A DNA stretch of 64,000 nucleotides from Nannocystales bacterium. Lineage in GTDB: Bacteria > Myxococcota_A > Polyangia > Nannocystales > Nannocystaceae. Under the pieces are notes generated by a model, which did no database searches, was not told where the DNA came from, and saw only the letters and a list, made by a program, of their open reading frames with translations. This document shows, one piece after another, positions 8,674 to 18,889 of this stretch (the stretch's first letter is position 1; each line of letters opens with the position of its first letter). Location: contig JBOEGF010000038.1 in assembly GCA_050633305.1 (NCBI GenBank), forward strand, positions 64,001 to 128,000, given 5' to 3'. The translations under genes were made by a program, and so were the position numbers.

Positions 8674-10376
8674 TTCGAGTTCTCCGTGCGAAGGGTGAAG
8701 GATTCGAGTTGGGTGAGGTCGATGAAGGCCTCGTGCAGGTTGCCGCCGGACTCCTCGAGCCGCTCGCCCAGCTGTTCCAGCGTGCACTCGTCCTCGCTGA
8801 GGTCAGAGCGACCGCTGACGAAGTGGAAGTAGTGCTCCAACACGCAGGCTTGAACCTCTCCGTTGGCACCGAGCACTTGTCCAAGCTCGCGAGCACCGTT
8901 GAAGGGAACGGAGGTGGCGTTGCCCTCGGCGTCGATCAGCGCCTCGACGCTCCCGCTCTCATCGACGTTCATGCCGTTCTCCTGCGTTCGGAATGCGCCG
9001 ACACCATCGAAGCCTTCGAAGCCGAAGCCAATCGGGTCGATGTACGCGTGACACCCGGCGCAGGCGGGGTCGGCGGAGTGCTGGCCGTAGCGTTCACGCG
9101 TGGTCGCGTTCGGGTCGACGTCCGGTGGTGTCGCGTCGACATCTGGTGGCGGTGGGCTGAGTGGCTGACACATCAACCGCTCTCGAACGGTCACCCCGCG
9201 GCCGACCGGAGAGGTTTCGTTGGCATGCGCGTGCGAGGCGAGGAAACTGCCGAGGGTGAGCAGGCCGCCCCGCTCATAGCCATCGGGAAAGTCAACCCGC
9301 ACCAGCTCCTGCGAGCCGGGTGAGGGAAGTCCGTAGAAGCTCGCGAGCGCATCGTTGGCAAAGGTGTACTCCGCCGTGAACAGCTCCTCGACGCTCTGCT
9401 CCGAGTCGAACACCACGTGCTCCACGAAGCGTCGCTCCTCCTCGATCATCGCCAGACGAACCTCGTCGCTGAACTCCGGATACACCTCCAGGTCCTTGTT
9501 GGCGGATTGAAGCGTGGTCGTCTCCAGCCACTGGGTTGCGAACATGGTGATGCGCTCTCGACCGCGGGGGCTATCCAGCAAGCGGCGGGCCTGCTCGGCA
9601 ATGCCCTCGGCCTCGGACAGCGTGCCATCCGCCGCGGCGGCCATCAGCTCCGGGTCCGGCATGGAGCCGACGAACGTGTACGAGAGCAGCGATGCTGTTT
9701 CCCACTCCGTCAGGCGGAACAAGCCCGCGCCGACGGATTCACCCATCTCCGAGCGGTAGAGGAACCCGGGCGAGATGAGCATGGCCTCGATGCCCATCCG
9801 CATGCCTTCGTAGAAGTCACCGTCCGCCGCGTCGCTGTCGAACTGCGCCACGTAGTGCTCGACCTCGTCCTCGGTCAGCGGTCGTCGCAGCGCTCGAGCA
9901 CCAAAGCTCTCCACAAAGGAGCGGGCGCAACCCGGGTCGGCGGGCATGCATCCGGCCAACCCCGCCGCGTCCGAATCGACCGCAACCGTCGCCGCGGCCT
10001 GGGCCAGCGTCATGTACGCCTCGACGTGTCGCGCGGTCACCAGGGATGCGTCGGCGTTGTTGTCGTATCCCTCGACTCGCGGCTCCAGCGGAACGCTCGC
10101 CACATCCGGAGGTTCGATCCCCAGAAGGTCCGCCATCGTGTTCGCGTATTCGGCGCGGGTCAGGAGTCGGAGCGATCGGGGGCCCGGGGTTCCGTCCTCA
10201 CAGCTCAGCTCTGGGGTCTCGGCGTCCGAATCAGAGCCATCCCCCTCTTCGCCCACGCCATCCGTCGACGAGTCCGTGCTCTCGGCATCCTCGAGTTCGG
10301 CCGAGTTCCCCTCGTAGCAGCCCGAGAGGAGCCAAAGCCCCATGCACATGCTCCACGCCTGCTGTCGTCTGGCCAT
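8670..10376 (-). CDS. DUF1592/DUF1588/DUF1595-family heme-c lipoprotein
   Basis: Lipobox LSGC; LRLLTRAEYANT; LISPGFLYRSE; TSPVGRG; CAGCH; IDPIGFGFEGFD; 4-nt overlap with the DUF1552 gene. Confidence 0.9.
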   Translation of the reverse strand: MARRQQAWSMCMGLWLLSGCYEGNSAELEDAESTDSSTDGVGEEGDGSDSDAETPELSCEDGTPGPRSLRLLTRAEYANTMADLLGIEPPDVASVPLEPRVEGYDNNADASLVTARHVEAYMTLAQAAATVAVDSDAAGLAGCMPADPGCARSFVESFGARALRRPLTEDEVEHYVAQFDSDAADGDFYEGMRMGIEAMLISPGFLYRSEMGESVGAGLFRLTEWETASLLSYTFVGSMPDPELMAAAADGTLSEAEGIAEQARRLLDSPRGRERITMFATQWLETTTLQSANKDLEVYPEFSDEVRLAMIEEERRFVEHVVFDSEQSVEELFTAEYTFANDALASFYGLPSPGSQELVRVDFPDGYERGGLLTLGSFLASHAHANETSPVGRGVTVRERLMCQPLSPPPPDVDATPPDVDPNATTRERYGQHSADPACAGCHAYIDPIGFGFEGFDGVGAFRTQENGMNVDESGSVEALIDAEGNATSVPFNGARELGQVLGANGEVQACVLEHYFHFVSGRSDLSEDECTLEQLGERLEESGGNLHEAFIDLTQLESFTLRTENSK

Positions 10377-10534
10377 GTCACAGGATCGGTGTTCCGCGAC
10401 CCCGAAAACCGATGAGAATTATTGAGCGGATTCTTCGTAATCGACCGTACGAGCGGTGGCGCCTGCGATACAGGCACGAAACATCGACGTTGGCCCGTGC
10501 CACGAAACCCCCTGTGGTGGGGCTCGAGGCCAGT

Positions 10535-11341
10535 GTGCGAAGGTTGTGGGGCGGAGTGCTCGCGGGTCTCGCGGCATGTGGCGCCCCCGGGCAGTCCCGG
10601 GTCGACGCTGTCTCCTCGCAGCCCGTCTCCGCGCCGGTCGATCAGGAGCAACTCGCGCAGACTCTCGAGGCTCGGATCGCGTCCGCGGTGCGGATGTGGA
10701 ACGACTCCTGCGCGAACCCCAACGCCCACGGTATGTGCCTCACGTTCGAGGAGGACGCGCGGCGCGTCGGACCGTGCGGGCCTGCGTTGCTGGGCAGCGT
10801 TGTTCCCCGACCTCGTGATGTCGCCTCCGCCGCGGCGGCCCAAGCCGAGCTCTCCGACGCCTTGAGCCTGGTGGGGTGCGAGTCGTCGTACGTGTGTCGG
10901 CGCGAAGTCTTGCGGGTGAGACCCGCCGACCCTGAAGCCCGACGGTCCTTCCTGCGTGTGGTCGGGTCGGGGCGCCTTGCGCGAGTCGATGCTCACCTCG
11001 AGGCATACCTCGCCGCTCCCCAACCGATTGGCACCCAAGCCGTGGCCGAGAGGTTCGAGGCGTTCGCAGAACTCCACGCGGAGATCGTGTCTCTCAAGGA
11101 GTACCCGGACGCAGAACTACGTCAGGGCGCGGCGCTACGAGCAGCGTGGACTGCTCTGCACTTCCACGACGAGGTGCTCGACGGCCTTGGTCCACACGCC
11201 AGTTGTGATGAGACCGCCGCAGAGGCGAAGCGAGTCTCTGAGAACGCCGCTGCGTACTGTGTGGACCAAGCCGCCAAGTCGGGCTCCACGAGCGCAGCGT
11301 CACAGGCTTGCCGCGACCTGCTCGCGTACCTGCGACCCTGA
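10535..11341 (+). CDS. Hypothetical lipoprotein
   Basis: GTG after GAGG; lipobox LAAC; start uncertain. Confidence 0.6.
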   Translation: MRRLWGGVLAGLAACGAPGQSRVDAVSSQPVSAPVDQEQLAQTLEARIASAVRMWNDSCANPNAHGMCLTFEEDARRVGPCGPALLGSVVPRPRDVASAAAAQAELSDALSLVGCESSYVCRREVLRVRPADPEARRSFLRVVGSGRLARVDAHLEAYLAAPQPIGTQAVAERFEAFAELHAEIVSLKEYPDAELRQGAALRAAWTALHFHDEVLDGLGPHASCDETAAEAKRVSENAAAYCVDQAAKSGSTSAASQACRDLLAYLRP

Positions 11342-11460
11342 TTCGCCGGTCTGCCGCACGATGCGAACCGGCCGGCCAGCGCTCTGGGGCCGATCGCCTC
11401 GCCTTCATCCGATTTGCTCTGGAATACGGGACCGCTTGGCGCGGTACCCTGGGTCCCTTG

Positions 11461-12168
11461 ATGAGCTGGCTCCTTACCTTCGTCGTACCGGCCGCCTTGG
11501 GGGGGTTGGGATACCGGGCGTTCCGAAGCCGCGTGCGGGGAGGGCGGTTCACGGTTCACGATGGTGGTGGCGTCTCGATGATCGAGACCGAACTGGGCAA
11601 GTACACCTTTGACCGTGGGGCGGGGAAGATCCATCTGGAGCGCCCCGGCGGTGTCCGTGCGTTCGTCAGGCTGCGTGATGTTCGTGGGGTTCAGGTCCGC
11701 GTCGGGCTCAAGGAAGCCGGGCTCGAGGAGGCGTTCTTCGAGGGGTGGAACCTCACCGACTTGATGGCGGAGTACAGAGACCACCGCATCTACTGGGACG
11801 TTGTGATCAACACCTCCCACGGGGCGGTTCCTTTGGCGCATATGAGCCAATACAAGAAGCGCGACTGGTTCGACCTGGCCACGCCTGCGCAGCACGCCGT
11901 CTTGTCGTGGGTGGGGCTCTACCGCGATGGCGCTCTCGTTGCAGCGAGCCTGGAGGGGGCAATCCGACGCTCGCTCCGGGCCGCAGGGTTGAACGTGATC
12001 GGTGGCTATGGGGAGGCCGCGCCCACCGGTGCCCTGCGCGGCACCCCCATTCCGACCGATGCCGATCTTCCGAAGCCTGCACCGGCACCGAGGGAGCGTC
12101 CGCTCGCGATCGATTTGCCGCCACCGCCAGACAACCCCCGATGGGAGTCGGCGAGCAAGGGCAGGTAG
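11461..12168 (+). CDS. Hypothetical membrane-anchored protein
   Basis: N-terminal TM (MSWLLTFVVPAALGGLGY), globular region, Pro-rich tail. Confidence 0.65.
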   Translation: MSWLLTFVVPAALGGLGYRAFRSRVRGGRFTVHDGGGVSMIETELGKYTFDRGAGKIHLERPGGVRAFVRLRDVRGVQVRVGLKEAGLEEAFFEGWNLTDLMAEYRDHRIYWDVVINTSHGAVPLAHMSQYKKRDWFDLATPAQHAVLSWVGLYRDGALVAASLEGAIRRSLRAAGLNVIGGYGEAAPTGALRGTPIPTDADLPKPAPAPRERPLAIDLPPPPDNPRWESASKGR

Positions 12169-12271
12169 CGGCCACGAACACCCGGTCGGAGACCTGCGAG
12201 GCAACCCTAGGCTCGCCTCACGAGCCTCTCTTCGGTCGAGCGATCGGGCAGTATGATGTGGCGTTGCCGCG

Positions 12272-15055
12272 ATGCCCGAAGGAGCCCCACCCAGCGACGA
12301 TGTGCTTCCCGAGCGTGCAGCGGTTGACTCTGTCGATGCCGCACGCGCGCTGGCGAACGTGTCGGCAGGGCTTTTTGGGACGACCGAAGAACGCCCGCAG
12401 TTCGGTCGCTTCACCCTGCTCGAGCAGGTTGGCGCAGGGGCGATGGGCACCGTGTACTCCGCGTTCGACCCGGAACTCGACCGCAAGGTTGCGATCAAGG
12501 TCCTGCGTGGGGGCCTCGACGAGTCTCAGCAGCGCGCCCGCGCCCGAATGCGCCGAGAAGCTCGAGCGCTTGCGAAGCTCACTCACCCCAACGTGGCTAC
12601 GGTCTACGAGGTTGGACAGGTCGCCGAGAGGGTGTTCATCGCGATGGAGTTTGTGGACGGCCGTCCCCTCGACGTCTGGATGGAGGACCGCCCGCCATGG
12701 CGCGAGGTGGTGTCAGTCTTTCGAGACGCGGGGTCAGGGCTGGCAGCGGCCCACGATGCGGGGATCGTCCACCGCGACTTCAAGCCCGGAAACGTGATGT
12801 TGGGCGACGATGGTCGGGTCGTCGTCCTCGACTTCGGACTCGCCGCCCCGGATGTCATCACACCGACCGAGGAAACCGAAGGCGACTCGATGGACTCTCC
12901 GATCGAGCGTCTCACCGCGACGCGGGCCGTCGTCGGCACGCCGGCCTACATGGCACCCGAGCAGCATCGCGGGGAGTCGGCCTCGGCCAACAGCGACCAG
13001 TTCGCCTTCTGTGTCTCACTGTTCGAGGCGCTCTACGGCACCCGTCCATTCGCCGGGAACACTCGGGCGTCGGTTCTGAGCGCGATCGAAGGCGGTGAGA
13101 TCGTGACTCAGGTCCCGACGGGATCCGGGAGCGCCCCGCGGCTGCGGCGGGTCCTGGCGCGTGGGTTGTCCGCTCGACCAGAGGATCGCTATCCGTCGAT
13201 GGAGGCCCTCCTGGCGGAACTCGATCTCCGCCGCGTGGCCCGAAGACGGGCTGGCATCGTCGGAGCTGTTGGCGGGGTTGTGGCGCTTACTGCAGCCTAC
13301 GGCTTCGGTGCACAGCGGACCCCAGCCGCGACCGCGGTCGAGTGCGCTCTCCCGGAAACTCTGCGGGCTGAGCTGTGGGACGAGCCGTACCGGGGCCGCG
13401 TGAAGGCGGCCTACACGGATGATGCCCGGGAGCATGTCCGGGGGATGGAGGCGTCTGTGCTGGCCGACCTGGATGGGTGGGCCGAGCACTGGTCGCACGA
13501 GCGGGCGACGGCGTGTCAGGCGACGCGCGTGCGTGGCGAGCAGTCGGAGGCGCTGTTGCAGGTTCGACTGCGTTGCTACGATGCTGCCGCGATCCGGCTG
13601 CGGTCACTCGCCGATACCCTCGCCAGCTCTGACGAGGATCGGCCGTCCGCCGCGGCCTTGGTCACGACGCTGCCGGCTCTAACCCTGTGCGAGGACACCG
13701 AGTGGCTGGAGCGCAACAGTCAGTTGCCCGCGGGACAAGACGGGCCCGCACGCCTCGTCGCGCTCGAGGAGGCCTCCGCCACCGCCATGCTGGAGTATCG
13801 CGCAGGGCGGCTCGGGCCGGCCCGAACCATGTACGTGGAGGCGCTCAAGGAGGCCCAGGCACTCCAGCACGAGCCCTCCGAGGCCGACGCGTTGTTCGGG
13901 CTGGCCCGGATCGATCATGCCGAAGGAAAGGTCGAACAGGCGGAGGCGGGACTGACGGAGTCGATGACGAAGTGGCTCGCCTCTGGTGACGAGTACAGGG
14001 CGACCGAGGCCGCGTTGGAGCTCATGGGCTACGCCGGTACCGATGGCAGCAACCCCGCTGCTCGTCGGCGATGGACCAAGCTCGCCGAGGGAATGCTCGC
14101 CAAGCTCGGCTCGCCTCCCGAGCTGCACGGGCGACTCGAGATGCGATTGGCGTCGGCGCTCGAGAACGAGGGCGACCCCAAGACCGCCCTCGAGCACGCT
14201 CAACGGGGCCTCGCTCTGTACGAACAGAGCTACCAAGAGAGGGACCCCAGCGTCGCCGAGGCCCACGAACACGTCGGTGGTCTGCTCCAACAACTTGGAC
14301 GCGCCGAGGACGGCCTGCCCCACGTCGAACGTTCGCTGGCGATCGAGATCGAGCTGTGGGGCCCGGAGCATCCTCGGGTCGCCGCGTCACGGGATAACCT
14401 TGCGATCGTTTATGGATCCCTGGGCCGAGCTGAGGACGCGGCGCAGCAGTTGGAAGCCGCGTTGGCGACTCTCGAGGCGATCTACGGCTCGGACTCCTTC
14501 GAACTCGCTGATGCCCTCACGAACCTCGGCGAAGTCCGGATGATGCAGGACCGACCCGTCGACACGCTTGCCCTCAACGAACGCGCGGGTCGGCTTCGAG
14601 AGAAGGCCTACGGACCCGACCACGCCGAGCTTGCGTACAACCTCAGCAACGGCGCCGGGGCGCTGATCCGGCTGGAGCGCTACGCCGAGGCCGAAGCCCG
14701 GCTCCGGCGGGCGCTCGAGATTCGGGTGGCCAGCCGTGGCGCCGACCATCCGCTCGTGGGCCTCGTGCAGTTCAACCTCGGCGCTGCGTTGGCCGGGAAG
14801 GGTGATCATGCGGGCGCGGCGGAGGCGTTGTCGGAGGCCGAGCGCATCTGGAGTACAGCGCTCGGGGAGGGACATCCCAACACCGCCGCTGCGCGGGTCA
14901 ACCTTGGCGAAGCATGGGTGAAGGCCGGCCAGCGGAAGCAGGGCTTGGCCAAGATGCGCGCTGGGGTTGATGGGCTGGCTGCGGCGTTGGGCGCGGAGCA
15001 TCCCGATGTGGCGGAAGCTCGGGCGCAACTCGCCGCGACGAATGCCCTCGAGTGA
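12272..15055 (+). CDS. Hanks-type Ser/Thr kinase with TM and TPR repeats
   Basis: GAGAMG, VAIK, HRDFKPGN, DFG, GTPAYMAPE; kinesin-light-chain-like TPRs (G..HP.VA). Confidence 0.95.
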   Translation: MPEGAPPSDDVLPERAAVDSVDAARALANVSAGLFGTTEERPQFGRFTLLEQVGAGAMGTVYSAFDPELDRKVAIKVLRGGLDESQQRARARMRREARALAKLTHPNVATVYEVGQVAERVFIAMEFVDGRPLDVWMEDRPPWREVVSVFRDAGSGLAAAHDAGIVHRDFKPGNVMLGDDGRVVVLDFGLAAPDVITPTEETEGDSMDSPIERLTATRAVVGTPAYMAPEQHRGESASANSDQFAFCVSLFEALYGTRPFAGNTRASVLSAIEGGEIVTQVPTGSGSAPRLRRVLARGLSARPEDRYPSMEALLAELDLRRVARRRAGIVGAVGGVVALTAAYGFGAQRTPAATAVECALPETLRAELWDEPYRGRVKAAYTDDAREHVRGMEASVLADLDGWAEHWSHERATACQATRVRGEQSEALLQVRLRCYDAAAIRLRSLADTLASSDEDRPSAAALVTTLPALTLCEDTEWLERNSQLPAGQDGPARLVALEEASATAMLEYRAGRLGPARTMYVEALKEAQALQHEPSEADALFGLARIDHAEGKVEQAEAGLTESMTKWLASGDEYRATEAALELMGYAGTDGSNPAARRRWTKLAEGMLAKLGSPPELHGRLEMRLASALENEGDPKTALEHAQRGLALYEQSYQERDPSVAEAHEHVGGLLQQLGRAEDGLPHVERSLAIEIELWGPEHPRVAASRDNLAIVYGSLGRAEDAAQQLEAALATLEAIYGSDSFELADALTNLGEVRMMQDRPVDTLALNERAGRLREKAYGPDHAELAYNLSNGAGALIRLERYAEAEARLRRALEIRVASRGADHPLVGLVQFNLGAALAGKGDHAGAAEALSEAERIWSTALGEGHPNTAAARVNLGEAWVKAGQRKQGLAKMRAGVDGLAAALGAEHPDVAEARAQLAATNALE

Positions 15056-15558
15056 GCGACTTTCTCGGGGCGCGTGGTTGGAGCCGCGGCGTTTGCTCGT
15101 GCTTTTGGGCGGCGGGCCCGGTCGGGAAACCCCTTTCCGGTTGAAGCTCCTCGAAGTCGGGCCGGCAAACGGCTGTCCAATGCCCACTATGGTCTGCCAG
15201 CTCGGGAAACCTGGGGTGCTCGGGGTTAGCCGCATCGACACCACCGTCTACTATCTCACCCAGCCGCACGCGTATCAGATGCTCGCGGCGCTCCAGTCTC
15301 ACTAAGGGGCGTCCCTAGATGCAGGCCGCCTGCATCACACCGCCACCGAACGACATTGCGTCGCTCCTCGTGCCTTGCACGGCCGTCCGCTGACGGCGTT
15401 CTGCACACAACCTGCACCTAGGGACGCCCCCTCGCGGGACTGTCGGTGGGGCCGGTCTGGGGCGCCAAACTTCGTTGGACACAACGGCCCGCGCTTCGGT
15501 CCTGAGGAGGTCGAGACCTCTGTCGCGATCGACGACCTTTCTCAGGCACGTGCCTGTG

Positions 15559-16134
15559 TCACGGGCTCGAGAACTGCTTCGAACGCAGTCGCTGCACGGC
15601 CCCGTCGATCGCAACGTCGATTTCGATCGAGAACGAGTCTCCGCCTCCTTTGGGCAACAGGTCGATCGACCGGGAGGTCCCGTCCACCTTTGCGAGGGTG
15701 AACATCGCGGTGAACTCGGATTGCGGAGGGACGACTCCATCCCAACCAGCGTAGGTCGTGGGGTCGATCTGAATCGAGCGGTCCTCGGCGGTCAGTTCTG
15801 AGACCGGCTTTCCATCGTCGAGGAGACGAACCGCGGTCACCGCGACAACAGCACCTTCGGGGCAGTCGACCAGCGCGAGCTCGATGTACGAAGAGACGCA
15901 TGGATTCGCCTGGCGCATGTTGACCGGCAACTCGCCGTTCGGGGGCGGCTCCATCCCGGGCGGCACGGGTGGACACCACATGCCGACGTGAAAGGACGTC
16001 AGGCTGACGTTCGTGGCGGCAAGAACAGCGGGACTCGCGTGCGACTCCGCGGATGCGACAGGGGGCTCCACCGGCTTTCCGCCGCACGCGAGAGCAGAAA
16101 AAACGATGGCGAGGGCCGTCACGCGTTCCAGCAT
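15559..16134 (-). CDS. Hypothetical lipoprotein
   Basis: MLERVTALAIVFSALAC lipobox. Confidence 0.65.
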   Translation of the reverse strand: MLERVTALAIVFSALACGGKPVEPPVASAESHASPAVLAATNVSLTSFHVGMWCPPVPPGMEPPPNGELPVNMRQANPCVSSYIELALVDCPEGAVVAVTAVRLLDDGKPVSELTAEDRSIQIDPTTYAGWDGVVPPQSEFTAMFTLAKVDGTSRSIDLLPKGGGDSFSIEIDVAIDGAVQRLRSKQFSSP

Positions 16135-16198
16135 TGAAACACTTCTACGCGCGGACCGGGGTTTGGGTCCAATGGTTGAGTTCGCTTCGGTTCTACCC

Positions 16199-16723
16199 TC
16201 ACCCACACACGTATCGGGAGCCGTCGAACAGCTCGGGCTCGCTCACCGTTCCTTCGGCGTCTACGCACCGAATGTCGCACGCGCCCGCGTTGCCGCAGTC
16301 CACCTCGCACCCACCTTCGCAGTCCACGCTGCAGCTTCCCACCGACTGACAGTCCACGCTCGAGGCGTCGCCCACCACCACGTCGCAGTCGCTGGAGTTG
16401 CGGCAGCTGTAGTCACACCGCTCGCCGCACTGCGCCTGGCAGGTCGACAACGAGTCGCAGTCGATATGGCAGTCGTCGGTGCACGCCACGTCGCAGTCAT
16501 CCAGATCCGTGCAGTCGACAGCGCAGTCGCTCTCGCAGGTGGCATCGCAGACGTTGAGCGCGTCGCAGTCGACCGCGCACCCGGGGCCTTCGCAGTCCAC
16601 CTCGCAGACCTCCGCACCGGCGCATCGACACACGCCCTCGTCGTCGCAGAGCGAGTCTGAATGGCGGTGGCATCCCGCCGCCAGCGTGATCAGAAGGACA
16701 AGGAGTGTGCGTGACCAAGCCAC
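16199..16723 (-). CDS. Cys-rich 18-aa-repeat lipoprotein
   Basis: Lipobox LAAGC; repeats such as CAVDCDALNVCDATCESD; start uncertain. Confidence 0.75.
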   Translation of the reverse strand: MAWSRTLLVLLITLAAGCHRHSDSLCDDEGVCRCAGAEVCEVDCEGPGCAVDCDALNVCDATCESDCAVDCTDLDDCDVACTDDCHIDCDSLSTCQAQCGERCDYSCRNSSDCDVVVGDASSVDCQSVGSCSVDCEGGCEVDCGNAGACDIRCVDAEGTVSEPELFDGSRYVCG

Positions 16724-16843
16724 GCCTACAGCGTGGACCCGGGGCGGCGAAAACGGATGAAGAAAAATCTGCCCGCCTACGCGCTCGTGCGGATTTCTGC
16801 CCCGGGTTCTGTCCGCGGCCCGAGAACGCGACCGCCACATCAT

Positions 16844-17242
16844 TCACCCCGGCGAGCCATGATGAACCGTGCGCTCCGCGGAGACATCCACCCCAGCGCC
16901 CTGCGGCTCACGATCAAGCCGGTCGAGATACTCTCTGCCCCACGCGCGCAGGGACTCGAGGACGGGTTCGAGGGTGCGGCCGAACTCGGTGATGGAGTAC
17001 TCGACGCGTGAGGGGACTTCGGCGAAGACCTCTCTGTGGACGATTCCGTTGGCTTCGAGGCTGCGTAGCTGGGCTGTCAGTACCCGCTGGGTGACGGCGG
17101 GCATGAGGCGGCGCAACTCGTTGAAGCGTTTCGTGCCGGACATCAAGTGGTGGAGAATCACCCCCTTCCACTTGCCTCCGATCGTCTCGAGGGCTGCCTC
17201 AATCACGCAGCCGTAGTTGTGGTCGTATCGTGTGTGTCGCAT
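16844..17242 (-). CDS. HxlR-family winged-helix transcriptional regulator
   Basis: GCVIEAALETIGGKWKGVIL, RFNELRR, VPSRVEYSIT. Confidence 0.93.
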   Translation of the reverse strand: MRHTRYDHNYGCVIEAALETIGGKWKGVILHHLMSGTKRFNELRRLMPAVTQRVLTAQLRSLEANGIVHREVFAEVPSRVEYSITEFGRTLEPVLESLRAWGREYLDRLDREPQGAGVDVSAERTVHHGSPG

Positions 17243-17348
17243 CTTCGCTTGCCTCTTGCGGGGGTGTTCAGCGGTATACTTCCTGTTCCCTGGGTTGGGT
17301 TATGTGCGTACTTGCGGTTCTTTGGCCTGTGGCTATCGTACGGCCTCG

Positions 17349-18353
17349 ATGACCAATCCAGAGACCAAGGTGGTGCGTTTTCATGAGACCGGCGGTGCAT
17401 CCGTCCTGCAGATCGATTCGGTGCCACTGGCAGAGCCGGGGACGGGGGAGGTTCGGCTTCGGGTGGAAGCGCTCGGTCTCAACCGGGCCGAGGTGATGTT
17501 CCGCGAGGGGCAGTACCTGGAGGCACCCACGTTGCCTTCGCGGCTGGGGTACGAGGCAGCAGGGGTGGTCGACGCCGTTGGTGCGGAGGTCGAGGGCGTA
17601 GCGGTTGGTGACCGTGTCAGCACGATCCCCGCCTTCTCCATGGGAACGCACGGGGTGTATGGCGAAAGTGCAATCGTCCCGGCGACGGCCGTGGCGAGCT
17701 ACCCCGAGGCGTTGACGGCTGCCCAGGGCACGTCGATCTGGATGCAGTACCTCACCGCGTTCGGAGCCCTGATCGAGCACGGGAAGCTGTCGTCGGGGCA
17801 GACGGTGTTGATCACGGCGGCCAGCAGCAGCGTGGGGATCGCCGCGATCCAGATCGCCAAGTCTGTGGGAGCTACGGCGATTGCGACCACCCGCGGAGCC
17901 GCGAAGAAGCAGGGGTTGTTGGACGCGGGGGCGGACCACGTCGTCGTGACGGATGACGAGGACCTCGCGGAGGCTGTCTCCGCGCTCACAGACGGCAATG
18001 GGGCCCAACTCGTGTTCGACCCGATCGGAGGTCCCGGGTTGGAGGCGCTTGCCAATGCGACCGCAAGCGGCGGTACGATCTTCGAGTATGGGGCGCTGTC
18101 GACGGAGCCGACCCCGTATCCGCTGTTTGCGGCTCTGGGCAAGGGCCTGAGCATTCGCGGCTACACCCTGTTCGAGATCTCCGGGAACCCCGAGCGCCTC
18201 GCTCGCGGAAAGAGCTTCGTCTACGAAGGACTGGCGAGCGGCGCACTGTCCCCGCAGCTCGCGGAGCGCCGGTTCACCCTTGCCGAGATCGCCGAGGCCC
18301 ACCGCTACATGGAAGCCAACACGCACACCGGAAAGATCGTCGTCACGGTCTGA
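17349..18353 (+). CDS. MDR-family NADPH:quinone oxidoreductase
   Basis: GLNRAE, LGYEAAG, VLITAASSSVG, HTGKIVV; divergent from HxlR. Confidence 0.92.
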   Translation: MTNPETKVVRFHETGGASVLQIDSVPLAEPGTGEVRLRVEALGLNRAEVMFREGQYLEAPTLPSRLGYEAAGVVDAVGAEVEGVAVGDRVSTIPAFSMGTHGVYGESAIVPATAVASYPEALTAAQGTSIWMQYLTAFGALIEHGKLSSGQTVLITAASSSVGIAAIQIAKSVGATAIATTRGAAKKQGLLDAGADHVVVTDDEDLAEAVSALTDGNGAQLVFDPIGGPGLEALANATASGGTIFEYGALSTEPTPYPLFAALGKGLSIRGYTLFEISGNPERLARGKSFVYEGLASGALSPQLAERRFTLAEIAEAHRYMEANTHTGKIVVTV

Positions 18354-18889
18354 CGTCGTCCGACGCTCCACAAGACCGCAATCGTCACCCGACAACCTGT
18401 TGTTAGCCGCGCGAGTGCCGCTGGATGAGCGGCGACGACGCGCGGCTCCGGTGTTGGGGCGGAGCTGAGACGCCTCTTGTTGGGGGCGACTGACGTGCCG
18501 AAGGGGGGGGGGCCGTCGCATGTGCCCGACTCGGCGTCGCGCTCTTCCTGGATGTGGACGGGCTGCCCGGAATTCACCACGGCAAAAGTGGGTACGACCA
18601 TCTGCCAGTGCAATGGATCCCGGGCCCGTCGGGATAGCGAACGGGCTGACCGGAATCAGCATAGTGCCGCTCGAGTTTTCGACTGATTCGTCGTGGTCGG
18701 AGGAAACCGACGGAGCTGTTGTGCGTGGTTCATTAAGCGAGAGCAAACGGTCACTTTTTGCCACGGATTGATCAGGATCCCGGCATTCAGATTCACAGGT
18801 TGTGTTCGACACCCGTGCTCGTGGGAGATGCCGCGCGGGTCGTCGTCGTTTGCCATCTGTTGAGACGTTCGGAAGGATTGAGAAGCGAT

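Noticed and set aside
7363..10376. DUF1592/DUF1552 pair as a novel system
   Set aside because: Widespread, well-catalogued pair in myxobacteria and planctomycetes; nothing unusual here.
14967..15305. Small ORF after the kinase
   Set aside because: No convincing start or motif; possibly a fragment.
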